From: Mobula birostris
Lineage: Eukaryota
Reading direction: 5' to 3'
NCBI RefSeq assembly: GCF_030028105.1
Contig: NC_092371.1
Coordinates: forward strand, 96,065,064 to 96,129,063
DNA length: 64,000 nucleotides
In this document: piece by piece, positions 37,641 through 51,087 of the stretch
Layout: every line of letters starts with the position of its first letter
How positions within the stretch are numbered: the stretch's first letter is position 1
Program-made: the position numbers and the translations under genes
Notes under the pieces: generated by a model
Seen by the model: only the letters and a program-made list of their open reading frames with translations
Database searches by the model: none
Told to the model about the DNA's origin: nothing

Positions 37641-39553
37641 TCCGATTTGAACACCTAGTAATTCTCTCTCCAAGGATAGATAGGAATGCGATTAAATGAA
37701 GAGGGTTCGTTCGTTTAGCATCTGGGAGTAGATGTTGATTTTATGTCGAGAGGTAAGAGGCTATACCTGAATTCTCCAGGGTTTAGAAAAGTGGTCACTT
37801 CCCCGAAATACTGAAAACACTTGCCACACTTGACAATGTGGAAGTGGGAAAGTAATATTGAAGTCGTTTCCTAGGAGATTTAATAAACCAAACGGAAATG
37901 GGGAAACCTGGAGTGGTGATATTCCATATAATATATTGCGCCATACGTTACGGTTTTGCAGAGCAATAGATTAAAAGTGATGTCTTGACAGTTATAATTA
38001 ATTAACAGTAAATGATATTTTGATGCATTTGCTGATCTTTTTGTTTCCAATTTTTTAATTTTGATTTGCCAAATGTAATGGAAAATGTTTACAATAATAC
38101 TTTCACGCATTATTATTTGGCTTCAAATTGAGGTGGTAAGTCGTATATTTAAATAAATTGCTCAAATTGTGCAGGGAGTTCCAGAGATCGCTATTTTTTC
38201 TACCCAGTGCTTATTTTCTGTGTATAAGACACGATATATTTGCTTGGTGTCAGTGCAGCATAGTAGTCTGAATTAATTCCCAAGGTGAAAACAATATTAA
38301 TTAAACTGGAGTAAAGTTACTGTAGATTAATAGAATGTCCGACGATCTCTGTGCAAAATTCTCAGTTCGTTTGAAAAGCCAGATATTGGGAAGCGCTTTC
38401 TGTAGCTGTTAAAGCTGCATCTGAAGTCGACCGTCTTTAGCTGAAGATTTGGAAAATCTGAGGACTAAAACGCTTCTTTTTATATGAAGCATTCCCAACT
38501 TTCTCCTCAGAGATCAGTGATATACGGTATTCATCGGTAACACTGACAGATTCTAGAACACCTTGGGAAGCACCGAGTACGAGGAAGAGCAGGGCAATGG
38601 GCAAGATAAGTGGTCTTGCTGGAGCAGGGATAGGCAGTGGGTGGAGCTAGGTGATCCTGTGTTGGTACTGCTGCATCTTTCTTCTGTCCTTGACTTGTTA
38701 AGTGCGACCAAAGTTACTAATTTACAACAAATAGCCTATAATATAATCAGATATTTAATATAATCAAAGATTGCATGCTTACGGAAATGCTGAACTGTGT
38801 CAGCTTACTTTTATTTCAAAGATGACTGCAAATCCCTGCAGAAATATTAAAGCAGAGAACAGACAGAGGTAGTGATTAGAGATTTGACTGGATTCACTTC
38901 AGGGTGTTCTTAATGATTTGGTTTTCCAGTAGAATGTTTAAGCTTTCTAAGCAGAGCCAAGTTTAAGAGAAACGTAACATGCGAGCATAAAATGGAAATT
39001 TATATAAGGATTGCATCGGCAATGAGGTGGAGATGGACAAGATGGATTCTGTATGCCTGGGCCACGGAATCCATTCAGGTTATTCAAAGTATCAGTCTCA
39101 CACTATGGATAATAATGTCAATGACAGGGAGGAAACATCCGCAACTTAAATATACTGTTGAAAAATATTTACTGGCCTCAACCTCACACGCATGCTCAGG
39201 ATCAATAAACACCTAAACAAATCTTAACCCTAAATAATCACAAAATTAGTATCATTGCCGCCTTCTTGTTACGCACATATATCACTGCTCTAATAAGAAT
39301 CCTTACCAACTTCTACCTAATATTATTACACCCCAATATTCGTACCACTACTGCGACAGGCATCAGAACATCTGGCATCTTATACGTTCGTCCATCTAAA
39401 CTAACATAGCAATCGTTCATTCAACGCACAATGTTCTTATATTCAGTAAAAAAAAGGTCGAACATTGGTTGAAAAGATGGTTACTTTTTAGCGAATTTCA
39501 ATATATGTAATCTTCTGTTGCACTTTCACGAGGCTAATTCGTCATAGTCGTAC

Positions 39554-40421
39554 TGTTACGTAACCGGCAACAATGAATATCAATCGAGACAGGTTACATA
39601 AAAACAACCAAACATTTATTAAACACGGATAAACAATAAAAAACAAACGAAAACCTTAACCGGAAGTTAACTGCTATGCGGCCGTTCAACAAATCGTCAC
39701 CCGGCACCGGTTCTTAAAGCGTTAAAGGCGAAAATAGTTCTTAAAGCAGTAAAGTCAGATACAGTTCTTAAAATGGTAAATTCGAAAGTCCAACAGATTT
39801 ATACATTCAATTGGGAGAGACTTCTCTGGCGAAGGATTTCTTCATAAACGCGATTTTCCTGTTAGTTCTGTCCAAAGGATTCACGATACAGGAAATAAAC
39901 GGCTTAAAACAACTGACCTTAATTTCTAGAGAGCAAACCTTGCATGAACTTCCTTGCTCTTTTGGCAGGAGTTATCACGATGCAGGTCGCTACTTCTTCA
40001 AAGAAGGCTCAATAAGGTCGATCCTTTGTTAAACTGCCGAACGATACCAACTTCTCTTAATCCTTCGGGTCCTGTACTTCGATAAATTCTTCACTACTGG
40101 AAAAAGGTACTTCAACGCATCTAGCAAAAATTGCCAGTCCAGCAATATTATACCTTGCAACAGAACGTAACACTCCGTTTTAAAAATGAAACTGCGTCAT
40201 AAAATAAATACGCAGCAGAAACGGAGACACACTAACGTTCCAGATGGAAAACTAAAAACTACATACTAACTGCGTCACCTGAGGTCTTCCATTTGCACCC
40301 GTGGTGAACATGCCCTCACGTGACCTCACATCGGCGGGATAATTACATCGGGTGACCTCCAAAAGACCATTACATCATTCTCACAAAATAAAATCACAAG
40401 ATCTCTTTGAGGTATGTAACA
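39554..40421. mobile_element. Solo LTR, 868 bp
   Basis: TGTTAC...GTAACA termini; flanks GTAC / GCAC (4-bp TSD with one mismatch). The empty paralogous sites near 29025 and 45858 show a single GTAC. Confidence 0.85.
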
Positions 40422-41196
40422 GCACGGTAATCAAAACTTCGGCATTTCGCAATGACCCACGGCTCATCCTCTGTCTTAACAGCATTTGCACAACGAGGGG
40501 GATATGCTCATCTTGAGGAAGAGCCACGACGGATTTCCTATTTACATACTTTATCTTACGTAAGCTAAGTTTTGTATGCACTTCCACCTTCTGGGCGCCA
40601 GGGTAGCGTAGCGGCTCGCTACATCTCCGGGGTTCCTTAGTTCGGAGGTCAGTTCTGGCGCCGTCGGTAAGGAGTTTGTTTGTTCTCCCCGAGAACGGCG
40701 TGGATTTCCTCCGGCTTCTTTGGTTTCCTCCCACAATCAACAGACATTCTCTTTGGTGGGTTATTTGGTAATTGTAAATTGTCCTGTGAATAGGCTAGTG
40801 TTAAAAAGGCTGGCTGCTGGGCGGTGCAGCTCACCCGTTGTACCGGAAGGGCCTGCTTTACGCTGTATCTCTAAATAAATGTGATTCACTACTTTTCTCT
40901 TGATGTGATATACCATTGATTCTTTCTTGGTCGCCATCACTTTGCAGACATATATTTTCTTCGCCCTACCCTCTCTGTTCTCTTTAGTTAAACTATTGAC
41001 ACATTCTGATGAAAAGGCATTCAACTAAAATGTTAACAGTTATACGGAAAACTGTCTGAATTGTTCAGCATTTCCTGTTTTGATGAAACCTGTTTCGAAG
41101 ACATTGAATTGGTAATACTTTGTTATGGAAACAATCGTGGGACGTTGCTGTGCCCGACCGTAAATAATAGCGCGCACACAGCCGGCCGGCTCCCCC

Positions 41197-41510
41197 TTAC
41201 GCGCAGCCTGAACTCGGAATGCTTCGCTTAAGCGGAGACTGGAGAAAACTGCTTTAACGCAACATGTGTACTCTTCGTGTGAGCTCCACTAGGAGGCGGC
41301 CAGGGTGAGGTAACTCCGGCTGTCGGTCTGGTCGCTGTCGGAATGTCTCGATACCTGTGGCCCCAACATTACCGTCGGTTCTCCAGCACATTTCCACCCC
41401 TCCAGGGTAATAACAATCGACTGGACACACCAGAGTCGTCTTATGTATTTCAGTGATCTGTTTAGACGCGGGTGGAAGAAAAGTAATCGAAGAGCTCGAC
41501 AAATTTCCAC
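41197..41510 (-). pseudogene. Orphan Ig light-chain constant pseudo-exon A (different class from C1/C2)
   Basis: Minus-strand acceptor TTTGCAG, then GNLSSSSITFLPPASKQITEIHKTTLVCPV..YYPGGVEMCWRTDG, a frameshift, SRSYLTLAAS*WSSHEEYTCCVK (TAG 41289-41291), another frameshift, and SPLKRSIPSSGCA-stop. Confidence 0.88.
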
Positions 41511-41851
41511 CTGCAAAGAAAAAGAAATATCCATTGTTAAAGAACGAAAAGAAAGCGTGTGTCAGTCATTTAAAACTTAGTGGCTAGACCTGTGGCCTCT
41601 CAGGTTCAAGTCCCATACCGAAGACGAGTGATAAACGTGGAGTGACATTGTACTACGGTGCCGAATACGCGTTAAACTAACGGAATGACTTAGTTGCGGT
41701 GACTGAAAAAGACCCGTGGGCGTTATTTTCAAGAGAAGCAGGAGAGATTATTCTTCTGGGCAATATTTATAATTCAAAAATATTACAAAACAATTAGCTA
41801 TCTACACTGCAATCACCGAGACATTCCGGTGCCAGTTACAATTCTAATCTT

Positions 41852-42030
41852 TATAGGAAGAGGTACAGTCGACGTATCGGGCCGGGACCCTGTAGTCCTG
41901 ACGAAGGGTCACGGCCCGATACGTCGACTGTACCTCTTCCTATAGATGTTGTCTGGCCTGCTGCGTTCACCAGCATTTTGTGTGTGTCTTCCTTGAATTT
42001 CCAGCATCTGCAGATTTCCTTGTGTCTTCA
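41852..42030 (+). mobile_element. Penelope pLTR fragment with a 40-bp inverted arm
   Basis: Arms 41852-41891 and 41905-41944 are complementary at 39/40 positions; the terminus CCAGCATCTGCAGATTTCC follows. Confidence 0.85.
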
Positions 42031-43679
42031 ATTCTAATATTTGTTTGCGAACACGAAAGCCCATATATCTGAGGGTGATTTATTTTAACCTGGATTACCC
42101 TTTGCAGAGCGGCTACTTCGGGGTTTTCACAGAGAGATGTCGAGATCTAAATGCATGAATATAGAAGAAGACCGGAGATCGCTCTGCTGCATGGGTTTTA
42201 GCAAAACGACCCAGGATACCTGAGCAAACACAGAGCGCTACTCGCACACTTCCGAATTCGCACGGGATCACATACAAGAGCATTCGCTCTTGCTCAGCCT
42301 TCCACCTTCAGCTCCCTTCCTATCCCATGACTCTCGAACAATCGCCTTCTGCTGTGCATCGTTGATTGAAGGGCATCAACCTCCGGAGAGTTATTTACGG
42401 TTATACTCCTCAGACCTCAGACGCACGATCAGCAATTTTGTATACTATCATTAACTTTCAGGGCAGCACTGGGCTCGTCCTTGATTTTGCTAGTTTCCAT
42501 GACTTTTTCCACTTTAAAGTAGAGTAAACGTATTCATTTTAAGTCCTACTTTCTCTCCTAAGGCTCAACAACTCGACCAACAAATTCAACTTAAGTGGAC
42601 CATTCCTCTATCCAACTACCTCTCCGTTCTGTATATATTTAAAGAATCTCTTAGGATCAACTTATCTGCCAAGGAATCTCATGTCCTCTTTTCCCTCCCG
42701 GTGTCTTCCTTAACTGGACTCTAACTGTCCTTGTTTTCCTAACAGTGTTGGTTAAATCAGTTCCATCAGCCAGCACTCCTGAATCCTATCTACCCCGCCG
42801 TTCACTCTGACAGGAATATATTTGCCCTGAATTCTCTGTGTCTCATTTTAAAAAGCTTCCGACTTGCCAGACTTTCCCATAACTGCCAACACCTTCTCAG
42901 AATTACTCTTTGAGAGTTCTGGTCCAATCCCATGAAACTTTGCTTTGCTCCAATTTAGGCCTTTAACTTGTGAACTACTCCCATGTCTTTTAAAATCCTT
43001 TAAAATCCAATCCAATTATGCTAATTGGTCCCAAAGCTCTCCTTTAATTACTTGGCAATCCTCATTTCCAAAGAGGAAATTAATTCTGATGCTGTTAAAG
43101 AATCAATGGAGCACTTTATTAAATTCTTTAACTAAATTGAACACTTGCACTAAATTCTGTATTTAGGACACGGTGCAACTACAGAATTATCCATCATCTG
43201 CTGAGGACAGATATTCACTGACGGGCAGTGTAGGAGCTTCTCTTTCAATCTAACTCCTGATGTCCTGGCCCTGACAGTATTTATCGTGATACTGTAAATG
43301 AAATTAAATTGTTTTTAATTTATCATTCTCGTATCCGTGGAGTGTTTGAAAGGGGAACGTGCAGGAATGCATTTTACTCTTGCAAACCCGGAGAGATAAT
43401 AATGGGAGAAAGTAAAGGAGCTTTACTTTGTATCTAATTCGTGCACTAACTTCCGTATCGCATGAAACATTCACAAAAAGGTACTTCAAGACTCAGATAG
43501 AAACTAATTGTCCCTCCACACAACTCTGCCAAATACTCCCAGATCTGAAACAGCGCGGTTTAGATACTGCGACAATACCCTGAAACCTGCGGTATCGATT
43601 ACTTTAGAAACGTATCGTGATCATATAAAGCAAAGGGGGAAGGTGCTAACCATATAACGCCTATTCAGCATTTAATATG

Positions 43680-44580
43680 TGTCATAGTGGGGGACGTTGG
43701 GAACGGACCTGAATACAAGACACAGACACTGAAGTACTAGGAACAGGGGTAGACCAGACAATTAGAGTTAGGGACGGGAATGGAAGCAGAGAAGGAGCTG
43801 GGACAGGAACACAGACAAGGCTAGGGAAGCAGGACCAGGACGAGGGACTGGGAACGAGGAGCCTGGGCGTGGACTCCGAGCCAGAGACTGGACAAGGACC
43901 CAGAACCTGTATCTTGACTCGGGCTCGGACCCCAAAACCAGGCGAAGACGTGGCGAGGCTTGGGTTCCTGGAGAACAGGCGAAGACGTGGCGAGGCTTGG
44001 GTTCTTGGAGGCTCGACGAGGACATGACGGGGCAAGTGTATTTCGAGGCAACTCCTGGGCAGGACGCGGGACTCATCCCCACGGATGCAAGGGCAGGAAG
44101 AGACAGATCCAGCCGCAGGGCAACAGCAAACGTCCTGGCTTACCCGACGGAGACAAGGGACAGGAAGGGGCAGAACCAATCGCAGGGTTATGGCAATCGG
44201 CCTGGCTTACCCGACAGGGGCAAGTTACAGGAAGGGACAGAACGAACCGCAGTGTAACGGCAAACGGCCTGGCTTACCCGACGCAGGCAAGGGACAGGAA
44301 GGGAGCTAGGACCGGGTTGGCTCCCAGACTCGAGGCGGCCGGTAACGTCGGCGGGCTACGGAACAGCCAAATCCATATCGCGATGACAGCACTAGCCTTC
44401 TACCAGTGGGTTGCTCCAAGGGGAGACTGACGAGACGACCCAGCAAACACACTCGATCCCAGGGCGACTTATATTCCCAGCCCCAAGATGAGCATCAGGT
44501 GCGTTTGGTTAAGTCCAACCGAAACCAGGGACAGCTGGAAGACCTGCAGTCCGGCATCCGCGGACCAGACCGTGAACCGG
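43680..44580 (-). mobile_element. LTR-like insertion related to the 26932-28303 solo LTR
   Basis: Starts TGTCATAG; similar GC-rich internal repeats (GGCCTGGCTTACCCGAC x4); absent from U3. The right CA terminus and TSD are not clear. Confidence 0.65.
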
Positions 44581-47500
44581 AATGTCCAAATAATAGACCA
44601 AATCCAGTAATGTGCCCTTTCAAGATAACTGCAGAATGATTGCTGCAAATTTAAATTAGTTTAATGCAACTTCTTAAATATTCTTGGGGGCTATTTTGAT
44701 TAATCTTATTTAATAACAAATGGAATTCGAATCATGTATGTCTGCAGGATTCACGATAACTGTACTGCTGCAATCTCTAGTGAGGTGATAGAAAGCGCCA
44801 TGGAAACAGTCGTTTCTGTGTTCATCATCCTAATACATTAAAGAAGACTTCTAATCATTCGCTTCAAATCATTTTGTAACAACAATGCAGTTATTCCCAT
44901 CAGCCCTGAAGGTTTAAATGCAGCTGTTACTTTCAAACTAGCCTCATTCGGTGTTATGTTAATGTGAATATAGAACGATTGAAGTTACAAGCAATAAATC
45001 TCAGTAGTCTTATGTTTAGAAATAACGAACACTTGCCGTACAGTAACAAATACAGTAACGCACAGGCAAAATGCTGGAGGAACTCAGCAGGCCAGGCTAA
45101 CTATCCCTTTCAATTTCTTTCTGTCAAACATGCTCTCAATGTACGCTCCCGAAAATGACTCAAATCTATAGATTTTCGTCTGATATTCTTTGAGGAATAA
45201 AAGAACCCCGTAAAATAGGGTAACACCCATGGATTAAATATTTGTTCATAATTCCTATTCCTGCTAATAGCTCCTCAAGTAACTAACATATATTTTGTAA
45301 TTTTCCCATCTACTATGCTTTGACATTCAATAAGACCTACGGAATCTTCTCGCTGTTCACCTCCTCTGCTTGAATGAAGAGTCGAATTTACAAAACAGCT
45401 TTTACTTCGAAAATGCCTGCTTAATTTATCTAAGAACATCATCAGCATTATGTGAAGTTTTGTATGACGTGAGCGATCTAAGACCATGATTATTCTTGCA
45501 ATTTTTTCTGCAGAAGTCGTATGCCATTGCCTTCTTGTGAGCAGTGACTTTACAAGAGGAGAGACCCCAGCTATTATCATCACTCTTCAGAAAATGTCTG
45601 TCAGGCGTCTGTGGACGCATAACCAGGACTTGTGATATGCACCGGCTGCTCATACGACCATCGAGCACCTACTCCGTGGCTTCACGTGACGCTTAACGGT
45701 GGAGGGAGGGGCGTGGCTGAGCAGGCAGTACACCTGTAGGTTTGCTATGTTTCTATGTTTACACTCAGCACCTTATCTTGAAAAGATGTTTTCCTTTTTG
45801 CTCTTTTGCGTACATGTGACCTTCTGTTGCACCTCACTACCTTCCGACGTCATATTCGTACGACAATCAAAATGAAAGTCAGATGCTGGAAATCTAAAGC
45901 AAAAACTGAACATGCTGGTGACCCGGCAGGTCAAACAGCGTCTGTGGAAGAAGAAACAGAATTTGCGTTTCAGATACCACACCTGCCATCAGGAATTCTG
46001 ATGAATTGAATTGTCGGCAATGCCTCTTCTTACACCAAGACTCCCTGCCTTGCTGACTGTTCCCAGCATTTTCTATATTCAAATTTAGCTGCACGGTTAC
46101 TGTTCCGAGCATGCCTTTCGGCGTTTCGCAATTAACAGCGGTTGATCCTCTGTCTTGACAATATTTGTACAATGCGGGGACATGCTTATCTTGAGGAAGA
46201 TCCGCAAAAGATTTCCCTTTTGTACATGTTACCTGACTTAATCTAAGCTCTTGTATTCACTTACACCTATCCTTGCCCGTGTTCCTGGGCATCTGGGTAG
46301 CGCAGCTGTCAGCGCAACGCTACAAAAACTTAAAACTGTTTTAAATAAAATTAGTTGCTGAAACAAATCGGGGAGTACCATAGTTCGGACTTCACTAACG
46401 GCGCTGTGTGTTGGAGTTTGTTCGTTCTTCCCGTGAACGCGTGGGTTTCTTCCGGGTGCTCCGGTTTCCTCCCACAGTTCAAAGACGTTCCCGTTACTAA
46501 GTTAATTGGTCATCGTAAATTCTCCTGGGCTTAGGCTCGTTTGAAATAGGTAGGTTGATCGACAGTGTGGCTCGTTGGACCGGAAGGGCCTGTTGTGTGC
46601 TGTATCTCTAAACAAGTAAAACCCTGTGATTGACCACCTTTCTCATGATGGGGTGGGCCATTCGTTTCCCCTTCATCTTATGCCGGACATGGTTTTGTTT
46701 TCTCTGCCCTACCTATCCTCTATACTTCAGCCATTTACACTTTGTAATGCAAGGGAGTTGAACTAAAATGTTAAGGATTATACGGGAAGCTGTCTGACTT
46801 GTTCCGCATTTCCAGATTTGATTAAATCTTTTTTGACGACATACAATTGTCAAAATAATCTCTGCCTCAATGTCGCAAAAAGAAAGGATCTGGCTGTGGA
46901 CTACAGAAGGAATGGATACAGGCTAACCCGTATTGACATCAATGGATCTGGGGTTGAGAGGTTTAGGCACCGCAGCATTCACATCTCCGAGGACTCACGT
47001 GGTCTGTACACACCAGCTGTGTGGTGAAAAAGGCAAAACAGACGGTTGAGGAAGTTTGGTATGGGCCCTCAAATTCTAAGAACTTTCTACAGGGGCACAA
47101 TTGAGAGCATCGAGACTTGCTGCATCACTGCCTGGTATGAGAACTGTAACTCCCTTAATTGCAGGATTCTGGAGAGAGTGGTGCTGACAGTCCAGTGCAT
47201 CTGTAGATGTGCACTTCCAATTTTTCAGAACATTTAGGGTTAGGGTGTGAAAAAAGTGTCCGAAGGATGATTAGGGATCCTAGGCACCAGAACCACAATC
47301 TATTCCAGCTGCAACTATCAGGGAAACGTTTCTGCAGCACAGAAGCCAGGACCAACAGGCTCCAGGACAGCTTCTTCCACCAGAGCATCAGACTGATTAA
47401 CTCCTGCTGATGGGAGTGTATTTCTATGTTACATTGACTGTTTTATTCATTATCAATTATTATGAATTACTATGATTGCACATTGCACATTTAGACGGAG

Positions 47501-48639
47501 ACGTAACGTAAAGATTTTTACACCTCATGTACGTGAAAGTCAATTCCATTCCAATTGGTAATTCGATTTAAAGTGCACATTTTCAAACTTTGAGAAAGAA
47601 ATTTGAAAATTATCTGTATGCCAGACAGTTTTCTTTGCAACAACAAATGTAACGCTGCAAGAACCTGTAGCAGAACCGAAAGGACATCACCCAGCATTAC
47701 ACACAGTAGATTATGCCTGGTATCCTGCGCCAGATTCACCACTTCAAAACATTAGAGACACCATTGTTTGTGGGGTGTAGGGAATGGTACAGAAATGGTG
47801 ACGTCATTGTGCGGTTTAGCTATGGCTGCTAAAAAGATGGAGGGATTTCAACAGGCGAGTTCCAGATTCGCTATCTGAGAAGAAATTGCGGCGTCTGACC
47901 CCGTTTTCTCTAGAATTTACGAGAATGAGGGGAGATCTCGATGAAAATGTAAAATTCCAACAGATCTTAACATGCTGCATGATGACAAGATACCTTCCGA
48001 GACGTCGAGTCCACAACCATCGCACCAGTATCAGACTGATCGGTTGCTACTAGGAAAGGAAGTGAGAAGGGATCGCGGCCTTTTGCCGGAATTCCGACTT
48101 ATGGGCGTTCCATCAAATACCCAGATATGACACGTCGGCACAGCCTACTCCTTACTCAACCACACCTATTTAATGTGCTGTCGATGGTGTAATTCTCCAT
48201 CGTTTGGAGGCATCGTCGTTAAATTCGTTCATAAAACCGCGGATTTCTCAATATTAACGGTAAGGGCATGAACCTGACGCTGAGATCGAATATCAACCAG
48301 AACCTAATGAGGGTTTGAACATGTTAATTGACAAAATGCCATATTCCTCTTCCCAATTTTATGGTTAATAACCAATACAACCAGAACACGGCATCAGCTG
48401 CTCGTCCTCTGGTTATACTCAATCGTTGGCACACTGGATATATATGTTGCCAGAAGAATAAGATTTTATTTTCTGTAAAAATAAATTCTACATCACATTT
48501 TCAAAGTGGAAGTTTTTTTCATACATTAACTTAAAGCACAACTGTAGGAAAGCCGCTTGCAAACAGAAAGGAAACAATCGTGGAATGTTGCTGTGCCCGA
48601 CCGTAAATAACAGCGCGCACCCAGCCGACTGGCTCCCCC

Positions 48640-48958
48640 TTACACGCAGCCTGTCCTCTGGATGCTTCGCTTCCCTGGAGACTTGAGTATAACCCCACAA
48701 GTTAACTTTTCTTGTGAGTTCCACTCGGAGGCGGTCAGCGTGAGCTAACGGCTGACGGTGTGGGTCTGATCGCTATCCCGGACGGCTCGGTCTGACTGGA
48801 CACCAGTCCATGACACCGTAATCCATTTCTCAAGACACCACTACCGGTCCAGAGAAAAAAAATATAGACTAGTCATAGCAGAGTCACCATCTGCCCTTCT
48901 TTGTTCTGTTTAGTCACGGGTGGAAGAAGAGCAATCGAAGAGCTGGGCAATTTTTCAT
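48640..48958 (-). pseudogene. Orphan Ig light-chain constant pseudo-exon B (paralog of A)
   Basis: Minus-strand acceptor TTCCAG, then EKLPSSSIALLPPVTKQ...VTLL*LV...VRDSDQTHTVSR*LTLTASEWNSQEKLTCGV...SPGKRSIQRTGCV-stop. The downstream 3-prime UTR (48570-48639) matches 41129-41196; candidate AATAAA on the minus strand at 48465-48470. Confidence 0.85.
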
Positions 48959-49344
48959 CTGGAATGAGAAAGTAATGTCCATATTAAAGACTGATAACAA
49001 ATCATGCGTCAGACATTTAATACTTGGTGGCTTGACCTGTGGCCAATCCTTTGGCAAGTTGGGGGTTCAAGTCTCACACTGAAGACAAGTGACAAATATG
49101 GACTGACATTGTACAATGGTACTGATTGCGTACCGGTCGTGTTGGCGCGTGGCCAAGTGGTCAAGGCGTCGGTCTAGTGATCTGAAGGTCGCTAGTTCGA
49201 GCCTCTTCGTAAACAAATACAGAGCTCTACTCGAGCACTTCTCAATTCGCGAGCGATAACATACACAAACATTCTCTCTTCCTCAGCCTTGCAACTTCAA
49301 CTCACTTCCTATGCCATGCTATGAAGCCAGGAAGGCCGAGGTAT

Positions 49345-49800
49345 CAACAATCACTCTCTCGCGTGCATTCCTGAGATAGGAGCCGCCTATGTACTGAGAT
49401 GAGGCGAGGCCATCCGTCAGTCATAGTCGACCATGTGTATGGCGTCACAGTTGTCCAAATATGCAAGTCTGTGCAGTACGATATCAACGGCAATCTGTTG
49501 CACATGTAGCTAGTCCTCCCCCACCCCCACCCCCACGCATGTGGTGAACCCAAAGGAACGGCAGAGACCGATACAGTTTGGTACCAGCAGCGTCGCAGTG
49601 GTTAACAGTCAATGTGAGACTGCCGCAGGGACTGCGGCTCCAGATTGTTCCCTCGGGATTTACTCCGAAGCCTTCCCCATGAGTGGGTATTGCCACAAGG
49701 CAACAGAGGTTAGAGAACAGAGTTTTCCTTCTCCTAGATGAGATGCCAACCACGGCTAACGAGCCCCATCTGCTCCAAACAACCAATGCAGCAGCTGATC
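49345..49800. mobile_element. RTE-associated short element
   Basis: Absent from U2. The motif TTTTCCTTCTCCTAGATGAGATGCCAACC resembles RTE non-coding ends (recalled, not searched). Confidence 0.5.
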
Positions 49801-50202
49801 GATAAACGCATTTATCACTGCATTGCGACCAACACCCCAATGCTTCGACCCGCTTCGTCTATGCCGACTAAGGAGTCTTCTTGAGCTGGACCCATTCACC
49901 TGCATTTTCCACGTATCTCTTTGAACACTTCCTATCCGTGCACATCTCCAAACGGCTTTTAAACCTGTAATTGCTGCAGCGCCTGTCGCTTCTTCTGGCA
50001 GGTACGTTTGTATATCTACATAATCACCAGTTTTGTGATGAAAAGTTATTCATAATCCCCTTTGATATTTCTCACTCACATTAAGCCTATCCACTCCGGT
50101 TTTAGGCACCGCGTCAATGGGAAATGGACTTGGAGCATTCACCCTGCAAACCTCGATAACATCACACCAGCCTACTTGCGTCTAAGGAAAGCAATCCCAG
50201 AT

Positions 50203-50238
50203 TATCCTGACGAAGGGTATCGGCCCGAAACGTCGACT
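50203..50238 (+). ncRNA. Second hammerhead core in a truncated Penelope pLTR
   Basis: CUGACGA-A-GGGU(AUCG)GCCC-GAAAC-GUC-GACU is intact, but truncation leaves only 2 bp of stem I. Confidence 0.45.
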
Positions 50239-51087
50239 GTACCTCTTCCTAGAGATGCTGCCTGGTCACATCTTCAAATCAGCATTGTAAATTCGGGAGC
50301 CGTGATTACTCACGCACAAAACCACGTTAACTACACCTGATTATTCCTTGCGCTTCTATATGCATATAGATCCTGTCTCACAGAATCACCTGCAGTAACT
50401 TTCCCACCACTAATTTTAGGCTTGCCAGCCTGTAATTCCGCAGCTTATCTTTAACGTTTCTCTTAAATAAAGATGCAACATCAGCCAACCTTGTGCATCT
50501 AAGCTTGCTACACGTTTTCGGATATAGATGGCAAAGATACCGGTAGCTATTCACCATTATACTACTCAAAAACACAACAACAGTGATTTTGCGTACTATC
50601 ATTACCTTCCAGGGCATCACTGTGTTCGTCCCTCAGTTTTCTAGCTTCCATGACTTTTCCTATTCTACGAAGAGTAGAAGTCTTCATTTAGATCCTCCTT
50701 CGTCTCGACGATCAAATTAATTCTTAAGTGGACCTTTACTCTCCCCAGGTGCCTTTTATATTTAAAGAGTCTCTTAGGATCAACCTATCTACCAAGTATG
50801 TCTTATGTCCCTTTAAGTTCCTGATTTCTTTATTAACTAGAATCCATCAGTCCTTATTTCCCTGACAGGTTTTTCAACATCCCATCTGGCTATTCCTTTC
50901 ACTTCGGCAGACCTCAATCTTCTTCCATCAGTCAGCTGTCCTGAATCCTACCTACCTTGCCGTTCACTGCTATATTGGCCCTGAATTCTCTGTGTCTCAT
51001 TTTCAAAAGCTTCCGACTTGCCAAACTTCACTATGCCTGCTAACAGCTTCTGTGAATTGATCTTTGAGAGATCCGGTCTAATAGAAC

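Larger units (their letters stand above)
39467..45760. repeat. Segmental duplicate unit U2 (contains C pseudo-exon A)
   Basis: Collinear with U3 at 40430-41060, 41129-41660, 42190-42310, 42430-43660 and 44585-45700. Confidence 0.85.

Noticed and set aside
38300-38760. Possible ancient L1 ORF1 remnant on the minus strand
   Set aside because: Only a vague resemblance across broken frames; not supportable without a profile search.
34512-39460. Search for a third orphan C exon or a minus-strand VJ after unit U1
   Set aside because: I found no Cys/Trp Ig pattern, FGxG motif or octamer-leader arrangement by eye; very decayed remnants cannot be excluded.
41852-41944. Palindromic repeated motif GGCCCGAAACGTCGAC as a CRISPR-like or integron-like array
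   Set aside because: The copies are dispersed, not regularly spaced; the context is eukaryotic; explained by Penelope pLTR.
49140-49205. tRNA-like A and B boxes
   Set aside because: Identical to the head of the SINE at 9563-9792 and truncated; not a tRNA gene.
50586-50650. CACTGTG at 50618-50624 with a T-rich run upstream
   Set aside because: The spacing does not fit 12/23, no J follows, the paralogous site in U2 reads CACTGGG, and it lies in an old CR1 fragment.
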